This document shows positions 51,927-64,000 of a stretch of DNA of 64,000 bases, in pieces; positions within the stretch are counted from its first letter, which is position 1; every line of letters starts with the position of its first letter. This DNA is from Paramecium tetraurelia (taxonomy: Eukaryota), in NCBI GenBank assembly GCA_000165425.1, contig CT867985.1, positions 682,001 to 746,000 on the forward strand. The letters run 5' to 3'. Position numbers and translations under genes: made by a program. The notes beneath the pieces are model-generated. The model saw nothing but the letters and a program-made list of their open reading frames with translations. It had not been told where the DNA came from and did not search any database.

Positions 51927-54556
51927 TCATACATTTATACCAACTTCATGAAAACAATCGCGAATTATTTTTTACTCTTCTTCACCTACTGATTTCATAG
52001 CATGCTTTATTTTTGAATTTTGTTTTAAGACCCATTTCAAAGCCTCTTTCAATATAATAATCAAGATATTACCTTTTAGAATATATGGAAAACTCTCCTT
52101 AAATGAAACCAATTAACTCTTTTCAGAATTCATGAATGCAAGCTTTTATTCAAGATCTTCTCGAATACTTGTAAGCTTTTCTATATCTTTAGTGAAATTT
52201 TCAATAACTTGAATATGCATATCTAAATTTTCTGATTTTTCTTCCAATCTTTATGATAATCTTTAGTTCTCTGCTGACATTTACTATCCAAAATAACATT
52301 AATAGATACCTTAAGATGTTATTGATTTTTTTGTGCTTGCTCATATTTCTCATAATAGGTCATATTCTTTGCTTTTAATTCTTCATTTTATTTGATAAAA
52401 TGTTCTAGATTATTTTTCAAAGATTTTCTAATTCTAGTATAATAATATTACTTTTCTTGCTCCAAATCCTCTTTCATTTTTTATTTTTTTTGTTTGTAAT
52501 CCTCTCTGAGTTTTATGATTTCATTAAACTTATCTTATTATAATTTATTAATCTCTTGGAGGAAGATACTTTGTTATGAGTGATCCATGGCTCTTCTTTT
52601 AAAGAAGTCATTCATCTAATGAGCTTATTATTTCATATCTTTATATTGTAAAACCAAATCATTGGAAATCTAATATTTATGGATTATTATTTACATCTTC
52701 TCCTGATTCTCTAAAGGACTAACTGTCATCACTCATCCTCTTCAGTAATTGCTAACATTCAACTCTTTTTCCATTAAGTTCATTTCTGACTCTTTGAAGT
52801 TGCTCTTGTAAGTTTTGATAATCTTGTTTTAATTTTTAGCTTTTTTCTTTTTTATTTTATAATTCTTAGGTTAATTGACCTACCTTGGCTTAGCAAGCTT
52901 CTAATTCAAGACTTTTAATTTTTTCTTATTTATTTGACTCCCTGGTCCAGTTTTCTACTTCATACTTTAACTAATCTCTTTCCTTTTATATTTCATACAA
53001 TAAGGATTCTTAATTTGCAATGGTTTTTCTTAATCTTTCTTCCCCTTCCCTTGCTTAAACCAGATACTTTTTAGTTTAATTGTTTTCTTCGATGTAGACT
53101 TTTTGAACACTCAATATCAGCTTTTCAAAGTGGCTGAATAAAAACGAAGGCACTTTTTCTGAGAAATGTTTGTACTTTTAATGACCCTTAACAGTTTCCA
53201 TGTAATATTTAAAAAAGCGACTGTAAACTTGAAATTGATCTACTAAAAGAGATGGTTTAATGCTGTCAACATTTTCTAAGACTGGGATTTGAAAAGTGTT
53301 GAAAAATTTCTATAAGATCTGATTAGCAACAGTAGTAGATTATTCTTTATTAATTTCCAATCTTGTTTACAAGTCTTGGGACATCATTTCATGTAATTCT
53401 TTTTTCATACTATTTATTTTAGAGTTATCAATTATTTCCTTGGATTTCTATTCTAACCTTTAAAAGATCTCAGCTTCAATTTATTTTTATAATTAGATTA
53501 ACTCCTCATCTTCAAATGGAGGTTTCATCTTTTACAAAGCATCTTAATACTTTTTAGAGTATTGACTTTTTAGTTCTTCCAAAAGATTTCTTGCTTCTTA
53601 TTAGATGACTCTGTCTAAACTAGTTAAGATTTAAGGGATTCCTCCAGAATTGATGGCATCAACATATTCAAGGGAAAGTTTCAAAAACATCTCTGCAGTT
53701 AGAGTAGTGCCATTAATTTACTTGGGAGGAATGTTCTTGGAAACTCTTCTCTCAAAATCTTAAACAGCTGAAATGAATTCCGGTCTTAAGGCATTCCAAT
53801 CCTCTTCTTCTACTCTAGCTAGTCTTCTTTCATCCTAAATTGGTCTCACCATACAGATACAATCTCTGAATTTAAAATACTCTCTAATCTTTCTTCTGAT
53901 AAGATTCTTTCTCTCTCCATCAGGACCTGGATTGGATTAATCTTAAAGTGCAAACTCCAAATATTCACTTGGAGATCTTCCTTTCAAATCTAGTGAGAAA
54001 TCTCTCAAAACCCAAAGGAATGTTGGGAAAAATTAACTCAAACTTTTATCCTCTGATCCTACACTGACATTCTCACTTAATTTAATAACAAGAGAGAGAT
54101 TCTCTATTGATTGTTCATCAATGTGACCCAATTGATTAAATACAAACATCGATGATAGCAATAAAGATATTGAGAATATTTTAGTGTCCACTCCTAAGTC
54201 TCTTTAGACTGAGTTCAATCCTTCTGTATCCATTAGCAAAATAGAAGTATTTTCATTTAATGGAATGGGCTAGCTCCATAACCAAATACCTTTTGTACAT
54301 GGCATTGTTGTTGGTCCAACAGCAAATCCCTTTTATCTCTTTAATACTCTATTAGCTAAAAAGGACTTTCCTGTTCTTTGTGGACCTGCAATTGTAAGAA
54401 CAGCTACCTAGATATCCCATAAAAAGTGTATACTTTTCTGTCAGCAATGGATTACAACATCTTAATTGCTTAGGGATGAATTTCAAAAGTAGTTTCCAAT
54501 CCTTCTGAGGTTTAATTTTCCTTTAATTCAATGAATGGGATGGGTTAACCTTACAT
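51927..54556 (-). CDS. Guanylate-binding protein (GBP/atlastin-family GTPase) with long coiled-coil tail
   Basis: GPQRTGKS, CTKGIWLW, LLMDTEGL and FLWVLRDF; TGA 51927. Confidence 0.93.
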
Positions 54557-54588
54557 TTTATATTTAATTTATTATAAAATTTGCAAAT

Positions 54589-57308
54589 TCATAACAAAGT
54601 GCTTTTATTACTTCTTTTGTAAAACAATCTTAATTTGAGAGACAGTTCCTTGGCTTAATAGAAGAATGTGTATTTGTCGAATCTCTCATGCAATCTCTAA
54701 AGTCTTTAGTTTTTCCTTTTGATGGTTTTAGCCATTTATTTCAGTTGTGACTCCAACGAGTATTAAGGCATATATGAAATACTCGTAAAGTTCACTTTAT
54801 CCAGATTGAAAGTATTTTAGTAATTAAGTAAATGTTTAACTTCATCAAGAATGCTAAACGATGTATTTAAATTATCTGTATTTGGTGCGAAGTTGCTTTT
54901 GGAAGTTCTGTGTTCAAGTTTAGTTAATTTTACTTTTTATATTGACGATCCTATAATAAATAAATAACATGATTACTATGTTAAATTTTAATTGCTGATT
55001 ATTAAATTTATTATTTTGGTTGTTATTATGAGTTATGTTGAAATTCTGAATGCTATTCTTCATCACTTATGCCACTAAGATTTTAATTGTTTTGGCCAAT
55101 CATCTAAGGCGAATTTTGATAAACTACTTCTGAAAGCCCAGTTCTTTGACGTGGTATTTCAATTTAATTATTCTCATTTAAACCAAAAAGTTATATTTAT
55201 TAATCTTCTTAAAATTAATTCAAGGATTAAGTTAATTTATTCAATTATCCTAAAGTGCTGTATTTATTGTTTTTTCGTTTCTTAAAAACCCTAAAGTTAT
55301 GTTTCACTGTAAAGTTCTCCTTCTTCAAGATCTATTCTAAATCTGGTTTATATTAGATAAGCGGACAATCTATTTCCAAATGAAAAGGTCGATTACAAAA
55401 ATGGCATTTATGATCAAACAATACTAAATTATTGGTAAAGATAATTTTGTCTTTAATATGATTGAATATTTCGTGATCCTTTTGATTACTTCGAATAATC
55501 TCTAAAAATTTCTTCCTATTTATTTTATATATTTCTGTAGGACTATTACATATAGCTGTTTCTTTGGGGCAAAAACCTGTAAAAAATGAATAAATCCCAA
55601 GATATTAGTTTTTTTATAATGTTTTAAGTGTTGTTTTGGTTTAAAGTTCAGTTTATTTCACTTCACCTTTATGAATAAAGTATCTTAAATAATAACGATT
55701 ATTACAGACTATCCTCCGAGAGATCACCTTATTTATAAACTACATCCCCAGTCAATAATGAAATTAGTTGTAGATTCTTAGCTACTTGGATTTAGGTTGA
55801 TTTAGAAAAATGATTGATAATTAATTTTATTTGCTTAATTACTCTGTGCTATATATCTGCATTTAAATCTTATTGCAAATTAAAAGGGAGAGAATTCAAG
55901 ATGTTGTTCACATCATCCATATTCTCCTTTTTCTCTTAATATAACTGAGAATTTAAATAGTTCCTGATTCTCCCTTGTATTTATTCATCTACATTGTTTT
56001 TCAACATAAATTGAGTAATTTAAATAAGATTTTTTCTACCGATATATAATTTGAAATAATACTTATAGTTTAATTAAGTGTCATAAATATTCTTTAGGAT
56101 AATCCCTATTGAGCTCATAGTATAAGCAAAAGCACAACTTGAACAAAACATGACAATAGATGCAACAATCATTTCAATTTCATTTACTGCAACCACATCG
56201 CCATAACCAACTGTAGTCATAGTCATTGTTGCCCAATAGAACGCTGCGTTGTATTTGCTCCAAGATGATTTATTCTCTAAGTGATTATCAATTAACCATG
56301 AATTTCCTAGACTTTCTGTTTATGATCCTACATAATGCCAAATACAGGCTATAATATGAGCAAAGTAGTAAATTTAAATTATTAAAGATACTAAATCTAT
56401 CGTGAAGCTTTGATTTCCTCGGCAATATATTTACTGAAAATACTCTGTGATATATCTCTAAATTTTTTTATAAATCAAAAACACTTAAAATATGATTAGA
56501 CACTCTTAAAAGTAATATAATTAGTGAAATTCATATTTTAAAAATATCCAGATTGCCAAATTCGCAAAATCATAAATAGCATTAGATTTTAAATAATTTT
56601 TAATGAAATCCTTTCTTTAACATACTATAACGGCCTCTCTAATTATAGCCCTGTTAAACATTACTAAAATATCAAAAACCAAATAAAATAATATTATTGA
56701 CTAAAGAGATTTAATTATACTATTATTAAATTCTTGAAAAGAGCATAAAAAAGGACTGACCCATAGCATAATAAGGTGAAATAAAAGTCCTAGAATATCC
56801 CAAATCATTATAAAATGAGTAGACGGTAGAAATATCCATTTATTATTTTTACTGTTCCTAGCTATTAAATATTGTTATTATTTCTTACAATTATCTTTAG
56901 CAAATTATTATGCTGGTTTTTCATCTAAAGTTTACATTATTTTTAATTTTTAATCCGATTTCATGAAGTAAAGATTTGTAAATAGGTTGTTGATGAATCG
57001 ATGCACGAAGTATTGTTTCCTAAAATTTATTACAAACTAAGAAGGTTTTTTGTTTTCAGTCATCCTTAAAGATCTATTTGTTAAGAATATAGCATGCTTT
57101 AGATAATCCGACTTATTCAAAAACATAATTTTACTTTACGACTTTAACCAAAAACATTTTGCTTTTTATCCTTTATCATATTGTGATGCAACACTTCACT
57201 CTCTTCATCGAATAATGATTATGAAGAGGGAGACTCTGGTTTCGACGTAATTTATTGTGTTGCATTAGAAGGACCCATTCTAGTAGTAGTTGAAATATTT
57301 GCTTCCAT
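54589..57308 (-). CDS. Six-TM K+ channel with cyclic-nucleotide-binding domain
   Basis: Pore FYWATMTMTTVGYGDV; AHIIACIWHYVG; CNBD segment LGIYSFFTGFCPKETA; TGA 54589. Confidence 0.93.
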
Positions 57309-58185
57309 AACTAATTTGAAATATTAATTCTTGAGATTCAAAATTATTAAATCTAATGAATATTATTCACTTTTACTAAAAGATTCGTAAATTAATATCT
57401 AGCATTTCTTCAATAGACTTAAATTTTCAAACCTTTTTAAGTTATGAAATTCTAAACCCCTACATATTTGAGATCTACAAATAACACACATAATTAAATA
57501 AAATCATTAAATTCATACTATTTAAGGTATCATGATTTAAGTTGTTTTAGAATATTATCAAAAGTTGAACTTAAATCAATACTTTTACTTTATCTCATGA
57601 TTAAATTATTAATAAAATATTAAAATCATGCTAAGAAAGAATTGTTTGAATAGGAAGATTTTCATATGAAATCCATACTAATGGGATGGTAAGTCTACAA
57701 TCTATAAATAATACTGAATTTAAGTTTTCCCCTAAATTTGCTCAAATTTATATCATAAAGAATTTTAATTTCCACTTTCGATTAATTTTTAGTTTAAGAT
57801 TTAAGATTATTGATGTTTTAGGATGAATATATATTTAATACTTCTTAAGATACAGAGATACAAGCGTTTTAATATTTTAACTCTCAAAATTGCAATTAAA
57901 TATCTCATTAATTTGTGTTTATCTTTTATTTGAGTTAAATAAAAGTATATTATTTTGAATTTCTTATTAAAATTCAGGTTTCAATTTCTAAGATCTAAAT
58001 AGTAAAAATAAAACTTTATACATAATCAGATATTGATTCAAATTATAACAAGAAATCGGGGAAAGTTATAGATTAATTGGATGTTTAAAAATCTTTTTAT
58101 TTAAGACAAGATTTACATTTCTTTAAATTTAATTTAGTACATCATTATAATATTATTACTTTTATGCAATACATTTTAAATATAA

Positions 58186-59504
58186 TCATGATTCATTTTC
58201 TACCTTATCGCTTGATACAATTTAAAAGGCCTAATCAATTTATTATTCTGATGGTTCAAATTTCTTTTTTTTACATTATAATCTATTTTCTTTTTGATAT
58301 TATTGTAATTTAGATAATTATTCTGTTTTTTTTGTTTTTTAGTCTTTTTCATCTTATTTTTGTTTTTTTAATTAATTAAGAACTTATTTTAATCTTTATG
58401 TCTCCTTCTTATCATGAATGACTTTTTAATTCTTTTTTTCCATTAACTTTTTTCTTTATTCTAAGAGTTTCAATTTTTGAGGATCAGGAGGAGGTACAAT
58501 CTTTTTGGATTCTTGTTTTGAAGCACTTCTGTGTCTTGATAAAGATTTATTTAGAATATCTCTTTAAACCTAAACAATTTTTTCGATCCTGCTTTTTCTT
58601 TCTTTGCCTTCTTCAATCTAAAGGATTAAAATTTAAATTGATACTCTTGATATATCTGCTCTCCATGCAACTTTTGATATGCTTTACTCTCTTGGTTATG
58701 GTTACAGTTATTTAGCACTGTATAAATATTATAGTTATTTTTATTTTTCTTGGTACTCTCTCAATTTTTATCTTCTAGCAGTTTCTGGATTGACAATGGC
58801 AGCACTTGAGGGTCTTGGCTTTTTGTTTGATTAATGAGTAGTTTAATGGGATTATCTATGTTCATAATGATGATATTCGCATTTTTATTTGGTTTATTAG
58901 GAAGAATTCAAAATTTTTTATTTTCTAGACTTTTTTGATTCTGAACTAGCAATTGAAGATTGTTCTAAAGAATATAATATAAATTATACTTATAGACTTA
59001 TTAGATTTGTTGGTTGATGGATTTTCTTGATAATTTCTTCTGACTTTGGGAGTGGGAGTTGGAGTCTTCTTGAGTCTTGTGGAGCTCTTTCGACTGCATC
59101 CACAACAAGAACAGGAACAACAACTCATCAACTCATATTTTTGATTGGACATTCTTGACTTTTGATCTCTATGAGTTGAATTAGATTTAATTGATCTTGA
59201 AGACTTATTTGTATGAGATCTTGGCTGAGTCGTAAGGATAGTTCTTGATGGTCTCTGCTCTTCATAATATTGGATTGGTTAGACGGATTGCATCATTTTT
59301 CTCTAATTCAAAATTTCACTAACTGATATTCATTCTGATACTACATGGTATGATGTCATCGAGCATTGGGACAAGTGCTATGTCAGGATTAATGTGTTTG
59401 GCTAGCATTTTATTTGAAAGTCGATGCATATTTTGCTACTCGAGATTAATCTTGGTTTTAGGACTCAATCTACCCACTAACTGAACTGTCTGATTGTTAT
59501 ACAT
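58186..59504 (-). CDS. Hypothetical basic, low-complexity protein with a CCSCSCCGC cluster
   Basis: ATG 59504, short introns, K/R/S-rich, TGA 58186. Confidence 0.7.
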
Positions 59505-59629
59505 ATTAAATTTAATTAAATAAACAAGTTATTAGAATCTGTTGATATATTATAACGTTGTTTAAGTTCAAATTCTCATACATAGTGTAATAGAACAAAG
59601 AATTTTATTTATTAAATACAACAATAATT

Positions 59630-61186
59630 TCATTTTAGGTCTTAAAAGTCATCATCCAAAGTTGATTCCAGATCTGATTGCTATTATTATTATTAAATTT
59701 AATTGATGTCCATTGTTCTCATTTTTCTGTGAATATAACTCTTTAATTTATCATATAATGTTATAGCCAACAAGTACATTGAATGTAAAGAAGGCTCCTG
59801 TTTACTTAATTACTGATAAGGCATAGAATATAACTTATTCTAATAAAACCAATACACTAACAATATAATTATAATTTATTACATCTACTAGATTTATACT
59901 TAGCCTAACTATCAGTTTGTCCATGCTTTTTGTTAACCCAAGAGAGTTGATGTGGAATCTTGCTCAAAATTTCAGTTAATTCAACCATATCTGCATTTTA
60001 AACCTTCTCTTGCCAAATTTTCCTTTTTTCAGCAGATGTCCAACAACTCTTCCAATAAATCAATTCATATTCTGAATAATCCTTCTCCAAAGCCAAAAGA
60101 ATTTGTCTTACAGTATTTATATCGCATCTCTAAAATAATTCAATGGCCATAGAGTCTTGACTTATTTATTCAATTCCGTAAGTATTATCAAGAACGATTG
60201 GATCCAACTTACATTCCTCTAAACTAAAGTAACCTTCACTCACTAAAGTCTTCATTTACGCACTTTTCTTCTATTGTTGACCAATGAGTTCTATCATTTC
60301 AGCTCCTTTGATGACTTGCCAATCTTCTTCGTTGTTTTCTTGATAGATACATCTCTTCTCCTCTTAGAATACCTATAAGTTATGAATTCAATTAAGTACA
60401 TAAATATTATCAGATATCTTCTCTACAGCTGAATTATAAAATAATTAGCTATTAACAACAGTTGATGCTTTTGTATACAGATTTAATTCTTCTTCCAATC
60501 CTGCTATTATTTGAAGAGTCTTGACCTATTCTTTTTATTTCTTCTTAGCCACTTTTCCAACTGATTGTTAGAGTCTTTTTACTTCTGCTTCCTTCTTTGC
60601 GAATTCCTTCTTCCAATCATTGTTTGATAGTATTTCTTATATCTTTATTCTTTGATCAATCTCCAAAATCAGAAATTCCGATTCATAAAAGATTGTGACC
60701 ATCATAAATAGGATCAGCTTCTATTTATCTATGGCCAGCCAATTTTTAAATTGCTCTTACTATAAATGCTCTTTGAACTATTAGTATTCTAATTCGATTT
60801 CATCTTTTATATAAGCTCTAATCCTATAAATGCGTGTAATTAATGTGAAAATCGTAGGCCAAATGTTCATCAAGATTGATCGACGAATAAATTAACTAAA
60901 ATCGTAATTACATCATACTTTTTGATTTATCCTATTACATTCAAGAAAGCTGAATTGGTTTGTGTTGATGCCTATACCAAATACGCTAAACAAAATTTAT
61001 CTATCAATCCTATCACTAGTTGATAGGCTAGCGATGAATTCTCATTAGATTCCTATAAATCTCTTTAAATAAACAATTTACAAAACTGTCGTGTAATTGT
61101 TCTACCGTATAGCGAGTCCGTAAATTCAATTGAGAAGCAAAAGTACGGCAAAATTCATAAATTTACAGAGTATTCACCAGAGACAT
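59630..61186 (-). CDS. DDT/WHIM-like domain protein (putative ISWI partner)
   Basis: N-terminal LQIYEFCRTFASQLNLRTRYTVEQLHDSF...LAYQLVIGLI fits the DDT pattern, followed by IWPTI and WLAIDKQKLILFM; short introns; TGA 59630. Confidence 0.55.
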
Positions 61187-61499
61187 ACTTTAATTATTTA
61201 TTATTATTACAATTTCGGTAATTAAATTGCGGGGAATAAAAAATGAATATTTGATACATCAACCATTATAACTTTTAAATTCTTATTAATCTGTGCACTT
61301 TCTATCCTCATATTATAGCATATTTAATATAAACATTAAAAAGATATTCTTAATAGTGTCTATACACAAACAGTCTATGAATGCATTATAGATCAGTTCT
61401 ATTAAATGTCTTGGAATCCTAAAGTCCATTATGGAGTCTAAAAATTACATGAAAATATTTGAAATGCAATAATTATTTATTATATAAAATAACCCCAAT

Positions 61500-62158
61500 A
61501 TGATAGATAGCTTCAATTATTTACTTAAGGTCATTGTGATTGGCGATTCTGGAGTAGGTAAGACTAATCTATTGTTGAGGTTTGTGAATCATACCTTTTC
61601 TAATGATTTAAAATCAACAATAGGAGTGTAATTTTTCACTAAAGTGATCTCGATCAAGAATGAACACATCAAGTTGTAATTGTGGGATACAGCTGGACAA
61701 GAGAGATATCGATCTATCAGCAATTCTTATTATAAGGGTTCTCATGGGGTCATAATATGCTTTGATCTCACTCATCAGGAATCTCTCGATAATGTAGTTA
61801 AGTGGTATGAAGAAGTAAAATAATAAGCTGATTTTAATGTCAAAATAATTCTAATCGGAAATAAGTTGGATTTAAGTCAACAAAGAGTAGTGGGGAGTGA
61901 CACGGCTCAACAGGTTGCAAAGTAAATAGGGGCTGGATATATTGAGACTTCAGCCTTGACTTCTTAGAATGTGGACAAAGCATTTGAACTATTAATTTAA
62001 GGTTTTTATACATTTATACTAATTTAGAGATCCATATGTAGTTGAAACAACTCAAACAAGATCAGTAGAGTCCTAAGATTATCACAGAAAATGCTATTGT
62101 TATCACTAACACTAAAGAAACAGACACTTCTCAAAAACGAAATACTTAATGTTGTTGA
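61500..62158 (+). CDS. Rab GTPase (Rab11-like, divergent)
   Basis: [34 protein letters not shown] and C-terminal CC; one intron at ~62002-62027. Confidence 0.93.
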
Positions 62159-62223
62159 ATTGATTATAAATCATATAAGTTTATATATATATCAGTAATA
62201 AATTTTATTATTTTTACAAATTA

Positions 62224-63075
62224 ATGAGATAAAATAAGTTAAATAAATAATCACCTTCATTAAATACAAAATAGAAATAATATATTGAATAAATATCATA
62301 CAACTGCATCTTAGAGAAAATTAAATTTATATAAATTGGAATAAATGAGGCTATAAGAAACAATAATTTAACACTTATCCAACAGCATTTGAATCAATAT
62401 CAATCAGACTTGCAATCCATCCTAGACTTTTTAGTATAAAATGAATATACCAAAGTAATCAAAGACTTAGAATAAATGAAGGAATAGAAGAAATAATTAA
62501 GTGTTAAACTTGAAGCTTTAGAATTATAAAATTTACTCAGAGACAAAGATCCTGAGTACTTGGCAACTCAAGTTTAATCATTGATTGAGTAGAATAAAAA
62601 GCTCTCTGAAAAAGTTTAAAAATTTAAGTTAATTGCAGAATAGGCTTAAGAATAAGCCTTAGAATCTTTGGAAATCTCTAATCTCAATTAGGCTTTATTT
62701 CAATAGATTAAATATGACTCTGATCAGCCTAAACAATCTAATCATGCTTGCTCAAATAGCAATGGCAATTTGGAAGTTGTTCAATTGCAATTAGATGAAA
62801 AAATTTAAGAAATAGAAATGCTAAAATTATAATTGGATGAGTTGGCCTAATTATAATAAAAATAATATAATGATTACTAAGAAGAATTGGAACACTAGAA
62901 AATGTGGATCAATTAACTTTCTAACAAAGTATAACTTTATGAATCCTAAGCAGATTAATAAAGAAATAGATATGAAGAAAAAATTATGGAATTAGAAAAT
63001 AAAATATAACAATATGAAAGTTTTGATGAAAATTAAACTCAAGAATTGCTATAATCTTTGGTTGATTAAAAGTGA
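62224..63075 (+). CDS. Hypothetical coiled-coil protein (283 aa)
   Basis: ATG 62224 to in-frame TGA 63073-63075; E/Q/L-rich. Confidence 0.75.
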
Positions 63076-63150
63076 AAATGTTTATTATATATCTATAAAA
63101 AATTACTTAATCTAATTTTTAAAGTATTATTTTATTAATTATATAAAAAA

Positions 63151-63806
63151 ATGGGAGGAAGAAGAAAATCGAATAGAATGCCAAAAAAAGAAAAAGTTTA
63201 ATCAATTAAAACCATATTTGATTGTGCTCTTTGCGGCTATAAAAACTGCGTAATTGTTAAAATGTAAAAATAAAAAAAAGAAATAGAAAAAAAATAATTA
63301 AGATTGCAGAATTAAATTGTGATAAATGTTAAGTTTCCTTTCATACTAAAATCAAAGGATTAGATGAGGCTATTGATGTATATCATAAATGGTTGGCTGA
63401 ATTGAAACAAAAGAAACTTACTAAAGAATAACCAGAAAACAGATTTGATGATAACTCAAGCGGAGATGAAGGTGCCGGAAGAAATGTAGAAGGTAAAAAA
63501 TAATGATATGGCCTTAATTTAGAAATTCTTAAGGACTAAGGAGATGATGATAATAAATCTTAATTTAGCGCTGATTCATTAGATGAAAAAAATCCATAAT
63601 AAACCAATCATAATGAGAAAAACACAAAAGGCAAACTTAAGAAGCAACACTCAGATGATGGAAATAATGAAGAGGATGATGACGATGATGATGATGATAT
63701 TTCTGATGAATCAAAATTAGACTCTGAGAGAATTTCAGATATAGATAGCCTACTAAGTGATGCTGATGATGCCGAAGAAATTATTAAGAAATTTAGAAAA
63801 CGTTGA
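63151..63806 (+). CDS. ELF1: Transcription elongation factor Elf1/ELOF1 with long acidic tail
   Basis: MGGRRKS...FDCALC...LNCDKC...LDEAIDVYHKW; 23-nt intron at ~63263-63285; TGA 63804-63806. Confidence 0.88.
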
Positions 63807-64000
63807 TTGTATATCATAATGTTTAAAATGTCTAAAAGAGCAATTTCTATCTGATTTAATTCTTTTTCTGCTAATTTATTAGTACCATTATTTTAGAGAA
63901 TTCCAAATTTTTAAATGGAGTTAATTTTGAAATTATCCAGAATAGATTCCTTTTTCATTTCATGAATGTTTTATTAATTGTAATTCGCTAGACTTATTTT

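Noticed and set aside
46479..63806. Chromatin/transcription gene cluster (RCC1, DDT-like, ELF1)
   Set aside because: They are interspersed with unrelated genes; no evidence of functional clustering.
1..64000. Apparent abundance of premature stops or pseudogenes
   Set aside because: TAA/TAG occupy conserved Gln positions; genes are intact under the ciliate code.
1..64000. TAA/TAG read as Glu (suggested by kinase AP[TAG] and Rab IGV[TAA]F)
   Set aside because: OSBP E[TAA]IMHHPP and Rab KL[TAA]LWDT require Gln.

Overview
This is very AT-rich, gene-dense eukaryotic DNA read with the ciliate code: TAA/TAG = Gln (e.g. OSBP E-[TAA]-I-M-H-H-P-P and Rab K-L-[TAA]-L-W-D-T-A-G) and TGA is the only stop. 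Introns are 21-29 nt GT..AG and intergenic spacers are tiny, which fits Paramecium-type macronuclear DNA. The supplied standard-code ORF track is therefore mostly fragments or artefacts. Re-reading by hand gives about 30 genes. They include a giant Cys-rich polycystin-1-like receptor, a DHHC palmitoyltransferase, a C2H2/AT-hook protein, proteasome beta7, two kinases, a hyccin-like protein, OSBP, a divergent ERD2, an ELM2-like/PHD protein, VPS37-like, an EGF-TM-RING ligase, RCC1, GBP, a CNBD K+ channel, a DDT-like protein, a Rab and ELF1. There is one assembly gap (39616-40238). The most unusual structure lies at 10-33 kb: three related copies of a small gene block with reciprocal gene decay, including an ~826 bp, ~99% identical inverted, 5'-truncated copy of the zinc-finger gene. 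All coordinates and domain calls are by eye; no searches were run.
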